DNA from: Candidatus Marinacidobacterales bacterium
GTDB taxonomy: Bacteria; Acidobacteriota; Vicinamibacteria; Marinacidobacterales; DATDRI01
Length of the DNA stretch: 64,000 nucleotides
Reading direction: 5' to 3'
Assembly (NCBI GenBank): GCA_965226495.1
Contig: OZ245365.1
Location: 2,240,001-2,304,000, forward strand
A program made the position numbers and the translations under genes. The notes under the pieces are model-generated. The model did no database searches and was not told the DNA's origin. It worked only from the letters and a program-made list of their open reading frames with translations. Positions 50,000 through 59,572 of this stretch are shown one piece after another (position 1 is the stretch's first letter; each line of letters begins with the position of its first letter).

Positions 50000-50047
50000 T
50001 GAAGTTTCGGGGACAGGTTATTCAACTCAGCGCACGCGAACGGGACA

Positions 50048-52483
50048 CTATACACGCATGCGGAGGTTTTCGCCGAGCGAGGTGAAATGCTGCAGCCACT
50101 CCGTCGCTGCCACGTCGCCCTCTGAGGCCCGATGCTGGAGGTCGGGGAGGCCCTTCTTGGCCAAATGATAGTAACGGTTTTGGACTTTCCAGAGCTCGAT
50201 CTCGAAGGGGAGGATTCGGGACAACTCGATGGCGGTGTCCAGGCTCCGGATGTCTTCGATGGGCGTTGGGGCAGCCGAGAGCCTCTCCGCGAGCCGATCG
50301 ATGGTGCCTTGAAGTGCGAAGGCGAGCGTCGGGGCGTCCAGAACGACTCCCTCGGCGCGCGCCTGTTCCAAGAGCCCTCGGACTCGTTCCGGGTCGAGCG
50401 GCTCGGCTTCGAAGGCGGCACGGAGATTCCCGTTGAGAACCAACTGGGCCGCCCGAGAAAATGCCTGGGGTGGGGGAGTACCCATGTCCGTCAAGAAACG
50501 CATGGTGGCGGCGTGACGTTCGTAGAGCTCTCGATACACACCTTCCGCTTCCTCGAGAGTGGACTCGAGAATGAGGTTCACGATCTTGCGCTGTTGGTCC
50601 CGAAAAAGAGACCGTAGTGAGTGGTTGGACCCGCCGAACTCGCGATCAAAAAGGCGGATCACTTCGGGGAAGTCAGCCCGGTTGAAGGGCTCTCCCACCT
50701 CCGCCATCAGATTTTGGTAGTCCTCGACCCCGATGTACTTACGCACACCGGCGCTGACGTTGTGATCTCCAAAGCGAAGGGCGCCAAAACTGAGTACGGT
50801 CGAAGCGAGGGTAATACGTGAGGTGAGCTTCGCCCGGCCAAGTACGAGCTTCGGTTTCCCCGTCTCGAACGAGTGGCTGTCTTCCCGCTCCACGTCGTAA
50901 CAGTAAACGCGAGATTTCTCTGGATAAGATTCGAAGAGTGAGCTCACGGCGTAGTGAGCGCCGACTTTCTCCCAATCGACCCTGTGTGTTTTGACGGACC
51001 TTTCGTAGATCTGGCGGCCGTTCTTTTCGTGGGGGATGTTGCTTTTCGCCCGCTCCAGTCGCTCCAGGAAGCCTTCCTCGATGCCGTTGCCGAAGAGGTC
51101 CTGGGCCAATTGAACCGCGCGGCCGGCGTACTGGATCACCTGCACGGTCTCGATTCCTGACAGCTCGCTGAAGAACCAGCCGCAGCTCGTGTACATGAGC
51201 ATCGCATGTCGCTGGAGCTCCAGGAACTTGAGCGCCTCGGTCTTCTGGACGTCCTCGAGAGGACGAACCGCGTGTCGGGTGAAGAATTGGTCGATGTTGT
51301 CCCGCGAACGATCGAGGACGATCGAAATGTAATCGTCGCGAGCCACCCAGGGGTCGCGGAGCAACGTTCGTGCTTTCTCATCGTAGAGCGGATTGAGTTG
51401 GTCGCGAAGCCAATCGAGAGCCTCGCGAAGCGGAGCGCGCCAGCCCTGATTCCAACCAGCCTGACCCCCGGTTTGGCATCCGCAATCCGACCTCCAACGT
51501 TCGACGCCATGCATACAACTCCAAGACGTGTTCTCGAAGATTTCGACGGAATGCGTTGGAGGATACTTTTCTAAGTACTGACTGTAGTTCGTAAGGCGGG
51601 CCAAATTGTTTCGCTCGATGTAATCGAGCGCGAATGCAAGTGCCATGTCGCCGTGACGATGGTGATGTCCATAGGTCTCGCCATCGGTGGCAATGTGTAC
51701 GAGTTGAGGCCACGTCCGTTGGTCGGAGAAGGCCCCGACGAGGCGGTGCGCGAAATTTTCCCCTCGTGAAAGCAAGGATTCGAATGCGACGCCGCGGGAA
51801 ATAGGACCATCGTAGAAAAAAAGTGTTATTGAACGGCCGGACGGGAGTCGTTGGAGGTAGGGCATGGTGGGGTCGATGCTCCCCCCGTCCACATGCCGCC
51901 AGTTCCTGCCACCTATTCGTCGGACTCGACGCGCTTGGGTGGGAGCGAGGAGTGTGAACTGGACCCCGAGCTCGGCGAGGATCTCGAGGCTTTCCAGATC
52001 CACGGCCGTCTCCGGAAGCCAGAGCCCCCTCGGTTTCCGGGCGAAGCGGTGCTCGAAATCGCGGATGCCCCAGAGAATCTGCGTATACTTGTCACGGCGG
52101 TTCGCGAGGGGGAGTATCGTGTGGTTATAAGCTTGAGCGAGGGCCGAACCATGACCCGAGAATAGACTCTGGCTTTCCCGGTCGGCGGCAAGAATCGCTT
52201 CGTAGACTTCGGCGGCGTTCTCCTTCATCCACCCCAGCAGCGTGGGGCCTATGTTGAAGCTGATCTTGGCGTAGTTGTTAACGATCTGGGTGATACGATC
52301 GTCACTATCCAGAATGCGAGAGACCGTGTTCGGCTCGTAACACTCGGCGGTGATGCGTTGGTTCCAGTCATGATAAGGATAGGCGGAGTCCTGGGCCTCG
52401 ATGGCCTCCAGCCAAGGATTCTCACGTGGCGGCTGGTAGAAGTGGCCGTGGATACAGATGTAGCGTTCGTGCCCCTCGGTCAT
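50048..52483 (-). CDS. GH57 glycoside hydrolase with DUF3536-type C-terminus
   Basis: IHGHFYQPPRENPW, WLPET, ATDGETYGHH, SWSCMHGVERW, MYTSCGWFF; ATG overlaps the glgB stop. Confidence 0.93.
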   Translation of the reverse strand: MTEGHERYICIHGHFYQPPRENPWLEAIEAQDSAYPYHDWNQRITAECYEPNTVSRILDSDDRITQIVNNYAKISFNIGPTLLGWMKENAAEVYEAILAADRESQSLFSGHGSALAQAYNHTILPLANRRDKYTQILWGIRDFEHRFARKPRGLWLPETAVDLESLEILAELGVQFTLLAPTQARRVRRIGGRNWRHVDGGSIDPTMPYLQRLPSGRSITLFFYDGPISRGVAFESLLSRGENFAHRLVGAFSDQRTWPQLVHIATDGETYGHHHRHGDMALAFALDYIERNNLARLTNYSQYLEKYPPTHSVEIFENTSWSCMHGVERWRSDCGCQTGGQAGWNQGWRAPLREALDWLRDQLNPLYDEKARTLLRDPWVARDDYISIVLDRSRDNIDQFFTRHAVRPLEDVQKTEALKFLELQRHAMLMYTSCGWFFSELSGIETVQVIQYAGRAVQLAQDLFGNGIEEGFLERLERAKSNIPHEKNGRQIYERSVKTHRVDWEKVGAHYAVSSLFESYPEKSRVYCYDVEREDSHSFETGKPKLVLGRAKLTSRITLASTVLSFGALRFGDHNVSAGVRKYIGVEDYQNLMAEVGEPFNRADFPEVIRLFDREFGGSNHSLRSLFRDQQRKIVNLILESTLEEAEGVYRELYERHAATMRFLTDMGTPPPQAFSRAAQLVLNGNLRAAFEAEPLDPERVRGLLEQARAEGVVLDAPTLAFALQGTIDRLAERLSAAPTPIEDIRSLDTAIELSRILPFEIELWKVQNRYYHLAKKGLPDLQHRASEGDVAATEWLQHFTSLGENLRMRV

Positions 52484-54441
52484 TCTCGGTGGTTGTCGGG
52501 CTTTAGGAAGAGCGCCGCCAGTGGAGGCAGAGTGAGGGCTAATGATTGGAGGCGACCGTGAACGGGGATGGGCTCTGTTTCGACGCCACCCAAATTTCCC
52601 TGCGCACTTCCGCCGTAGTGCTCGCTGTCGCTGACCAAGACTTCCTTCCACCGACCGGGGCCGGGAACGCCCAGGCGGTAGTTCGGTCGTGGTACGGGAG
52701 TAAAGTTGTATACGGCAATCACTGAGTCATCAGCAGACTTTCCGTGACGAAGGAAGGAGATGACACTTTGCTGGGCGTCGGTGCAATCGATCCATTCGAA
52801 TCCGGCTGATTGACAGTCCTGCTCATAAAGGGCCGGTTCTGTTCGGTAGAAGTGGTTGAGGTCACCGACCCACAAACGGAGTCCGGCGTGCAGTGGGTGA
52901 TCGAGCGCATGCCAATCGAGTGAGCCGTCGTGATCCCACTCGCCCCGCTGACCAAATTCATCCCCCATGAAGAGGAGCTTTTTGCCCGGCTGGCCGTACA
53001 TGTAGCCGAAGAGCAGTCGCAGGTTGGCAAACTTCTGCCACTCGTCGCCGGGCATCCTACCCAGGAGGGAGCCCTTGCCGTGCACGACTTCATCGTGGGA
53101 CAAGGGAAGAACAAAGTTCTCGTTTGCCGCATAGACCATACGAAACGTCAGCTGGTCATGATGAAAGGGGCGGTGCACCGGATCGCGAGAAAGATACTTC
53201 AGCGTGTCGTGCATCCACCCCATGTCCCACTTCAGGCCGAAGCCCAGTCCACCGAAATAGGAGGGCCGAGAAACCATGGGCCACGCGGTCGATTCCTCGG
53301 CCACGGTTTGGACGTCGGGGTGCGATCGGTAGACTTCTTCGTTGAAACGACGGAGGAACGAAATGGCTCCAATGTTCTCGTTGCCACCGAACTCGTTCGG
53401 GATCCACTCACCATCCTTTCGAGAGTAGTCGAGATAAAGCATCGAAGCGACGCCATCCACTCGTAATCCGTCGGCGTGGTACTTCTCGAGCCAGAAAAGG
53501 GCGCTGCTGATGAGGAAACTATGCACTTCGTTGCGGTCGTAGTTGAAAATGAAGCTGTCCCAGTCAGGATGAATGCCCTGGCGTGGATCGGCGTGCTCGT
53601 AGAGGTGGGAGCCGTCGAAAAACCCGAGGCTATGTTGGTCGGCGGGGAAATGAGAGGGGACCCAATCGAGGATGACGCCGATGTCGTTTTGGTGGAGCGC
53701 ATCGATGAGGTGCATAAAGTCCTGCGGTGTACCGAAGCGGCTGCTAGGCGCAAAGTACCCGGTCGTTTGGTAACCCCAAGAACCGAAGAACGGGTGCTCC
53801 ATGACCGGCAAGAGCTCGACGTGAGTGAATCCAACTTCTTTGACGTAGTCGACGAGTCGAGTCGCCAGCTCTTGATAGCTGAGCGAGCGATTGTTGTCTT
53901 CCGGCACTCGTTGCCAAGAACCTAGGTGGACTTCGTAGATCGACATCGGAGCATCGAGCGCGTTACGCTCGCGACGAGTGTCCATCCACTGGCCATCACC
54001 CCATGCGTAGTCGAGATCCCATACCACCGATGCCGTTCGGGGCGGCATCTCCTGAAGATAGGCAAAGGGGTCGGCCTTGTCGACTCGATACTTCCGATGC
54101 TTGGAAGCGACGTGGTACTTGTATTGGCTGCCCTGCTTCACTCCCGGGACGAAAATTTCCCATATACCGGCTTTGTCGCGAGGGGTCAGTGGGTGGCTCG
54201 ATTTGTCCCAATCATTGAAATCTCCCATGACCGAAACAGATGCCGCGTCGGGTGCCCATACGCCGAACTGGGCACCCTCGCTTCCCTCGAAAGTGCGCAA
54301 GCGAGAGCCCAGCTTCTCGTAGAGCCTAAAATGACTACCCTCGTTAAAGAGATAGAGGTCGTCGTCGGTTAAAAGGGTGCTCCCGGGCGGCGCCACGACG
54401 CCACCGCTGGTTTTCTTCCCGCCGGAATGCTTCTTGGCCAT
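52480..54441 (-). CDS. glgB: 1,4-alpha-glucan branching enzyme
   Basis: VWAP, YEVHLGSW, SWGYQ, DGLRVDGVASM, AEES, LSHDEVVHGK. Confidence 0.97.
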   Translation of the reverse strand: MAKKHSGGKKTSGGVVAPPGSTLLTDDDLYLFNEGSHFRLYEKLGSRLRTFEGSEGAQFGVWAPDAASVSVMGDFNDWDKSSHPLTPRDKAGIWEIFVPGVKQGSQYKYHVASKHRKYRVDKADPFAYLQEMPPRTASVVWDLDYAWGDGQWMDTRRERNALDAPMSIYEVHLGSWQRVPEDNNRSLSYQELATRLVDYVKEVGFTHVELLPVMEHPFFGSWGYQTTGYFAPSSRFGTPQDFMHLIDALHQNDIGVILDWVPSHFPADQHSLGFFDGSHLYEHADPRQGIHPDWDSFIFNYDRNEVHSFLISSALFWLEKYHADGLRVDGVASMLYLDYSRKDGEWIPNEFGGNENIGAISFLRRFNEEVYRSHPDVQTVAEESTAWPMVSRPSYFGGLGFGLKWDMGWMHDTLKYLSRDPVHRPFHHDQLTFRMVYAANENFVLPLSHDEVVHGKGSLLGRMPGDEWQKFANLRLLFGYMYGQPGKKLLFMGDEFGQRGEWDHDGSLDWHALDHPLHAGLRLWVGDLNHFYRTEPALYEQDCQSAGFEWIDCTDAQQSVISFLRHGKSADDSVIAVYNFTPVPRPNYRLGVPGPGRWKEVLVSDSEHYGGSAQGNLGGVETEPIPVHGRLQSLALTLPPLAALFLKPDNHRE

Positions 54442-54458
54442 TTGCAAATCGGAGTCTA

Positions 54459-55250
54459 TCAGCCGCCTCTGGCGGATGACAATGTGGAGGCGACGCGCTT
54501 GGTCATGCTGAGAGTTTGGCGGAGGGAGAGGGATCTTAAAAGCGGTATTTCAACCAGAACATTCCCGATCGACTCGACGCGTTGGAGCTGTTCCTCCGAC
54601 GTTGCGCTCGCCACGTAGTTGACGTACCGAATCTGGATGTTCTCGAAGTGGGGACGAAAGACGCTCCTCAATATGGGAGCAAAACTTCGAACGACGCCAT
54701 AGCGTTCCTCGGGGGGGATGAGGTGAGCGAGAAACATGAGGGGGTTGAACATGTTGGGTTCGACCGCCAAGAAACGGCCTCCCGGCTTGAGGACACGGTG
54801 GAACTCGCCAACGGCCCTTCGTAGCTGCGGGATGTGGTGAAGCGCGTCGACGCAAAGGACGACGTCGAAGGAACCGTCCGGAAATTGAATGTCTCCACTG
54901 TTCTGGACGGATGGTTTGATGTGTTTCAAGCTCTTGGCAGCCACGAGGCGCTTCGCCTCGTCGATCATCGATTCCGAGGAGTCGATGCCGGAGATGTCGT
55001 CGCCGTATCGAGCGAGAACCGGCCAATAGAGTCCGGTCCCGCATCCCACGTCCAGAATGTTGGTCACTTTGTCGGAGAAGAGGGAAGAGAAGAGACCCTC
55101 GTACACTCGGGCGAGGAATGGTTTCTGGTCCAAAAGGAACGGATCGAACCTCTCGCAGTAGCCGCAGCTGAAGAGGTGGCTGCCGCGCCGGTTCCTGATG
55201 AGCTCGTTGTAGAAGTCGTCCTGAGTCTTGTTTTTCTTGAAAAAGGCCAC
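54459..55250 (-). CDS. Class I SAM-dependent methyltransferase
   Basis: ILDVGCGTG, GIDSS, FPDGSFDVV, RVLKPGG; GTG start tentative. Confidence 0.9.
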   Translation of the reverse strand: MAFFKKNKTQDDFYNELIRNRRGSHLFSCGYCERFDPFLLDQKPFLARVYEGLFSSLFSDKVTNILDVGCGTGLYWPVLARYGDDISGIDSSESMIDEAKRLVAAKSLKHIKPSVQNSGDIQFPDGSFDVVLCVDALHHIPQLRRAVGEFHRVLKPGGRFLAVEPNMFNPLMFLAHLIPPEERYGVVRSFAPILRSVFRPHFENIQIRYVNYVASATSEEQLQRVESIGNVLVEIPLLRSLSLRQTLSMTKRVASTLSSARGG

Positions 55251-55417
55251 ACTGATCCTCGGGGATTGAACCAAAGAGTTGGGACAGTAATGCATTTAGG
55301 GAGAGGATTCAAGGCGTTACCAACCCGAACGGCGTGGCAGTTGTCCCCAAGGGGGCCCTGGTGTAACGTGTGGGCTGGCCTGGCAGGGTGGACGCGCTAC
55401 TCAGTCGAGCGAACGGG

Positions 55418-55690
55418 TTGAAGGCGGTACATATTCTTATTTCCGGTCACGTTCAGGGGGTCGGTTTTCGCTGGTTCGCGGAGAAGCGAGCCTCTGAGTT
55501 GGCAGTTGCCGGATATGTCAGGAACCTCCCTGAAGGCGCTGTCGAAGTGCTGGCTCAAGCGGATGAACGAACGCTCGAGAGTTTTTGCCAGGAGCTCCGC
55601 GAGGGTCCGCGGTTCGCACGAGTCGAGGAGCTTTCGATGAGAACGGTCCCGGTGGACGTTGGCCTTCAGGGTTTCGGAGTTCGATACTAG
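55418..55690 (+). CDS. acyP: Acylphosphatase
   Basis: GHVQGVGFR, GYVRNL, GPRFARV; TTG start tentative. Confidence 0.94.
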   Translation: MKAVHILISGHVQGVGFRWFAEKRASELAVAGYVRNLPEGAVEVLAQADERTLESFCQELREGPRFARVEELSMRTVPVDVGLQGFGVRY

Positions 55691-55695
55691 GATAA

Positions 55696-56217
55696 ATGAT
55701 GGAACAACTTCGGCAAGTGATTCGTGACGTTCCCGACTTTCCAAAAAAGGGAATCGTGTTCAAGGACATTACCACACTCCTCCGGGACCCTAGTGCCTTC
55801 ACGAGGTCCATTGATCTGTTGTCGTCGGCACTCGAGAACAAGAACTACGACGTGTTGGTCGGCATAGAGAGCCGGGGGTTCATCTTCGCATCGGGCCTGG
55901 CCTACAAGCTGGGAAAGGGCCTGATCCCGGTGAGGAAGCCAGGCAAGCTGCCCGCCGACACCGTCCAAGTGACCTACCAGCTCGAATACGGGACAGACTC
56001 CCTGGAGATGCATTCCGACGCGATCCAGCCGGGGCAGAGGGTGGTTATTGTCGATGACGTCCTGGCCACCGGCGGCACCGCTCGCGCCGTGACGGAGCTG
56101 GTCGAAAAGGTCGGAGGGACCGTCGAGGGACTGAGCTTCTTGGTGGAGCTCGATTTCCTCAAGGGACGAGAGAAGCTGACTGACTACGATGTCCACTCGA
56201 TCCTGCGGTACAGCTGA
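55696..56217 (+). CDS. apt: Adenine phosphoribosyltransferase
   Basis: PDFPKKGIVFKDIT, IESRGF, RKPGKLP, LEYG, VDDVLATGGT. Confidence 0.98.
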   Translation: MMEQLRQVIRDVPDFPKKGIVFKDITTLLRDPSAFTRSIDLLSSALENKNYDVLVGIESRGFIFASGLAYKLGKGLIPVRKPGKLPADTVQVTYQLEYGTDSLEMHSDAIQPGQRVVIVDDVLATGGTARAVTELVEKVGGTVEGLSFLVELDFLKGREKLTDYDVHSILRYS

Positions 56218-56221
56218 GTCT

Positions 56222-56251
56222 TTGACAGCCTGGGCCTCCCGAACCTACAAT
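56222..56251 (+). promoter_or_regulatory. Near-consensus sigma70 promoter
   Basis: TTGACA-18 nt-TACAAT, ending 13 nt before ATG 56265. Confidence 0.7.
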
Positions 56252-56264
56252 TAAATAGAATCTT

Positions 56265-57302
56265 ATGAGATTTGGACTTCGCGGGCTCGCCCGCGGCGAG
56301 GGGAGTACTATCCTTGGCGCCCACCTCGCCGTCGAAGGTAAAGAGGCGGGGACTTACCGGTCACCGTTCCTCAAGCTCCACGGCCCTCGGAGCGATCGAC
56401 GACTCCTGGATCGGCTGACTGCCCAGCAGGCTTCGCTCGCCCGCTCGGTCGCCCTCGGGGACGACGATTATTTGGACCGGTCTTCCTACGAGGACCCGGC
56501 GAGTGGAAAACGTATCGCCTACGAGTTGGAGGGTACTGAGCTGACTGAGTTCGCGTCGAGTTGGAAGACCCAGCCTGTCAGTTGCATCCGCGCCATGAAC
56601 CGGGCGATCGGCCGCATTGCGGAGTCGCGGAGAAGGGAACGTTATGTGCGGGCGGCGGTGGATCTGGAGATCCTCATGGATCGACAGAGTCGGACCGAAC
56701 CCACCGGTCGGGTCTACCAAGGTATCCCGGAGTATCTGATGAATGGGTATACCGACATGGGAACGCTTGCCTCCGTCACGGAACGCAATGGACGTGAGAA
56801 GATCAAGGTCGATAAGGAACACGTACGGGGTCGCCTGTTGGCCTGCAAACGTCGCGTGGTCGCGACGGAAGAGCCCGAGGGTCTTTTGGCTCACTACTAC
56901 GACGCGGTGCGCCGGGACATCAAGTTCAACGAACGCGGTGTGGACAAGCTCCTCCGAGAGTACGGCGATCAGAGCATCGCCCTCTCGAAGTACCTAGACA
57001 TGGGGCTAGGGGTTTGCCGGCACTTGTCAATTTTCTATCAGCTTTATTTGCAAGAGGCGGGGATCGAGTCTCATCTCATCAAAGGGAACCTGAAGTTCTA
57101 CGTCTTCAGAGGACGCCATGCCTGGAACCTTGCCTGGGTGGGAAAGCGTGTCGCCTTAGTCGACGTCACCCATCCCAGCCCACACGAGCCTTTTATTGTT
57201 TGGGGCACGTCGGAGGCCGAGGTCTACGAGCGTGCCGCCGACATGTCGCGTTCGTACTCGCCGACCCCAGACGATCAGAATCATTACAAGATCGGCACTT
57301 GA
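56265..57302 (+). CDS. Transglutaminase-like/EDR1-like papain-fold protein (Cys-His-Asp triad)
   Basis: GLGVCRHLSIFYQ, LIKG, HAWNL, LVDV; NGYTDMG upstream. Confidence 0.7.
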   Translation: MRFGLRGLARGEGSTILGAHLAVEGKEAGTYRSPFLKLHGPRSDRRLLDRLTAQQASLARSVALGDDDYLDRSSYEDPASGKRIAYELEGTELTEFASSWKTQPVSCIRAMNRAIGRIAESRRRERYVRAAVDLEILMDRQSRTEPTGRVYQGIPEYLMNGYTDMGTLASVTERNGREKIKVDKEHVRGRLLACKRRVVATEEPEGLLAHYYDAVRRDIKFNERGVDKLLREYGDQSIALSKYLDMGLGVCRHLSIFYQLYLQEAGIESHLIKGNLKFYVFRGRHAWNLAWVGKRVALVDVTHPSPHEPFIVWGTSEAEVYERAADMSRSYSPTPDDQNHYKIGT

Positions 57303-57380
57303 CTGCCTGGCCGGTGCATCGCTGACGACGAATCAAACTTGAAAAGCTCGCGACCAAAGCCAGCAAAGGAAAATTCACCC

Positions 57381-57731
57381 ATGGCCGCCTCGAACAACAG
57401 GCGAGCGTGTCTCAGCCTTACCTATCCGGAATTGGCCTTCATTCAGAAGCTGCTGAAGGCCGAGTACCACTTCATTACGGACAAAGAGCAGAAGACGCGC
57501 CAGTCGTTCGGACGCAAGTTCTCCGACATCACTCTACCCGGGGGCCAAAAGGATGGCGTGGAGCTTTACCTGAGCCACCTCGAGATTTCGTTCCTTCAAA
57601 AGCTCACCAAGACTTCCTACAGTTTTTTGACCCTTGCCGAGCGTGAGGCGAGACAGAAACTTCGCTCGAAGATCCGCTCCGCGTGGGAAGACGTCGTGAA
57701 AGTCGCCGATTCCGCCGAGCGAAAAGCTTAA
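57381..57731 (+). CDS. Small basic hypothetical protein made of two internal repeats
   Basis: LSLTYPELAFIQKLLKAEYHFITDKEQKTRQ vs LYLSHLEISFLQKLTKTSYSFLTLAEREARQ; AAGGA RBS. Confidence 0.75.
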   Translation: MAASNNRRACLSLTYPELAFIQKLLKAEYHFITDKEQKTRQSFGRKFSDITLPGGQKDGVELYLSHLEISFLQKLTKTSYSFLTLAEREARQKLRSKIRSAWEDVVKVADSAERKA

Positions 57732-57793
57732 CGGCGTCGCCGCGGGCTTGCCCGCCATACCCACCCGAGATAGCATGGTGTCCTTCGAAGGAT

Positions 57794-57870
57794 GCGCCTG
57801 TAGCTCAGTAGGATAGAGCGACGGATTCCTAATCCGTAGGTCGGAGGTTCAAGTCCTCTCAGGCGTACCA
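57794..57870 (+). tRNA. tRNA-Arg(CCT)
   Basis: 77-nt cloverleaf GCGCCTG...CAGGCGT-ACCA; anticodon arm ACGGA-TTCCTAA-TCCGT. Confidence 0.97.
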
Positions 57871-58333
57871 TTTTACGGGGTCCAGCTGGAGCTCTGGCGA
57901 GTAATTGGTGAGTTCACGGATCCGGTCTCAAAGAGTCGCTGTCCTGGGATCCTCCCAGGGGTTCTGTAGGAGAGGAGAGGGACGAGCTCTCAGCCCTTCC
58001 ACGGGGTCGTGCCCCTGAAATGACAAATTTCGCGTCGCTGGCTGCCCTGTTCGGCCCCAGTTGCGCCGGGGGCTTCGAACCCTGTCAGATGGTTTTCTTA
58101 ACCGGCTGATGGCGCCCGACTTTCGTCTTCATGTGGTTCAGTCCCAACGCTTTCACCATCATTACTAATACTCTACAGTTCTCCCGAGTCCTCTGGAATC
58201 CGCCCCGGTTTTGGAGACATGTTGGAGACGACCCGACTTGTGTTCCGTTGTGGTTGGTCTCAGTGGCCACTCAGATGCCAGCTTGGCGGCTTGGCGTAGA
58301 CACGACAGATGCGATCATCGATGTCCGGATGAG

Positions 58334-59464
58334 CTAGGTGCGACTTAGCAGTTTGTCATAAACGATCTGTCTGAACTCTTTGTTGATGACGATCTCCAGC
58401 CCCTGGTCGTCCTCCTTGAGACCAATCCACCGATCGGAGCTTTCGTCCTCTCGATGCTGAGCCAAAACTATCGCATCATCAGGGCGCAGGGATTGCGGGA
58501 GGTATACATATGCCACTGTTGATTTAGACTGTAGTGTCGGAGGAGCTTTTTCCAAAGCCATCGTGATCCTACGCTTATCCTCTTCGCTCATTGTCTCGGT
58601 CAGGGAACTGATAACCGTGGTCTCTGCTCGCTCGGACCCGACCCGTCGAACCACAAAAGCATCCTCGAAATAGCGGGTTTTTAGAATGACAGGTGTGATA
58701 CTTAGCGTCACCTCCTTTCGATTCTCCTTCAACCGTGCCTCAAAAAAAACGTAAGTCACGTCCGGGGCGAATCGGAACTCGCCATCCCAGTAGCCGGCGA
58801 CTTCGAAGGCCCCACCGTATCCTTCTTTCAAACCCCAGCCAGTGCGTAACTGATGCCCTATGATCTGACCAGCGGATAAGAGGCCGGCGAGCATGGCCCG
58901 GGTCGCACTGCTTTCAGGCGGAAACAGATTCGGGTGATCATTTAAACTGAGTAAAAGGTCGAGTAGGTCATTGGCACCTGTCCCAGCAGCCGATGCGTTG
59001 CCGAACCATTTCGTCTCTCGAGCGTCGCAGTCTACGCAAAACGCGTCACATGGGATCTTCCCCTTGTGATCGGGCCCAGCGACAAAGCCAACCGCAGACA
59101 GCGGATAACCCTTTTCCCGCCACTTCTTGACCATGTCCATGACATCAGAAACGTTGAGACGACGTTTTCGCTCTTCTCGTTCTAACTGCCGCGCAACCTC
59201 TTGCGCTGGGCCGGCAGCCCCGGCGAAAGCGATAACGATTCTGCCGCCGATGATTGCCACCTTTCGGGACAATCCGCTGACTACGTACTCTGGCTTACTG
59301 CCAAGCGTCTCCCGCCGTTTGATTACGGCATTAGCGTCTGGAGCGGTCGGAATGGGGAAAGGATGGATTCGGTCGGGGCTCGTGGTTCCAGCGTCTCTGG
59401 ACTCCAGGATATCTGCAAGAACAACTGGATGATTGTTGACGTGGAACGCGGCTACGAGGGTCAT
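58334..59464 (-). CDS. Hypothetical protein with a proteasome-beta/HslV-like Ntn-hydrolase pattern and C-terminal extension
   Basis: M-T1...VVLAD17, RKVAII...IAFAG, AAGTGA. Confidence 0.65.
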   Translation of the reverse strand: MTLVAAFHVNNHPVVLADILESRDAGTTSPDRIHPFPIPTAPDANAVIKRRETLGSKPEYVVSGLSRKVAIIGGRIVIAFAGAAGPAQEVARQLEREERKRRLNVSDVMDMVKKWREKGYPLSAVGFVAGPDHKGKIPCDAFCVDCDARETKWFGNASAAGTGANDLLDLLLSLNDHPNLFPPESSATRAMLAGLLSAGQIIGHQLRTGWGLKEGYGGAFEVAGYWDGEFRFAPDVTYVFFEARLKENRKEVTLSITPVILKTRYFEDAFVVRRVGSERAETTVISSLTETMSEEDKRRITMALEKAPPTLQSKSTVAYVYLPQSLRPDDAIVLAQHREDESSDRWIGLKEDDQGLEIVINKEFRQIVYDKLLSRT

Positions 59465-59572
59465 GTGTCACAAACGCTAGCAGAGCAACTTGCGGAAGGC
59501 AATCTGTGTTCGTGGAAGAGGCGATCCGCGGATGCTAGAATTGTCTTACTGAAGCTCCACAATCAGTAAGAG

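Noticed and set aside
58060-58084. tRNA T-arm-like GGGTTCGAAGCCC on the minus strand as an att site or tRNA
   Set aside because: No cloverleaf and no match to the 3' end of the adjacent tRNA-Arg
56265-59464. Anbu-type operon (transglutaminase plus proteasome-like protease)
   Set aside because: The genes are convergent and separated by a tRNA, and the ATP-grasp and alpha-E genes are absent
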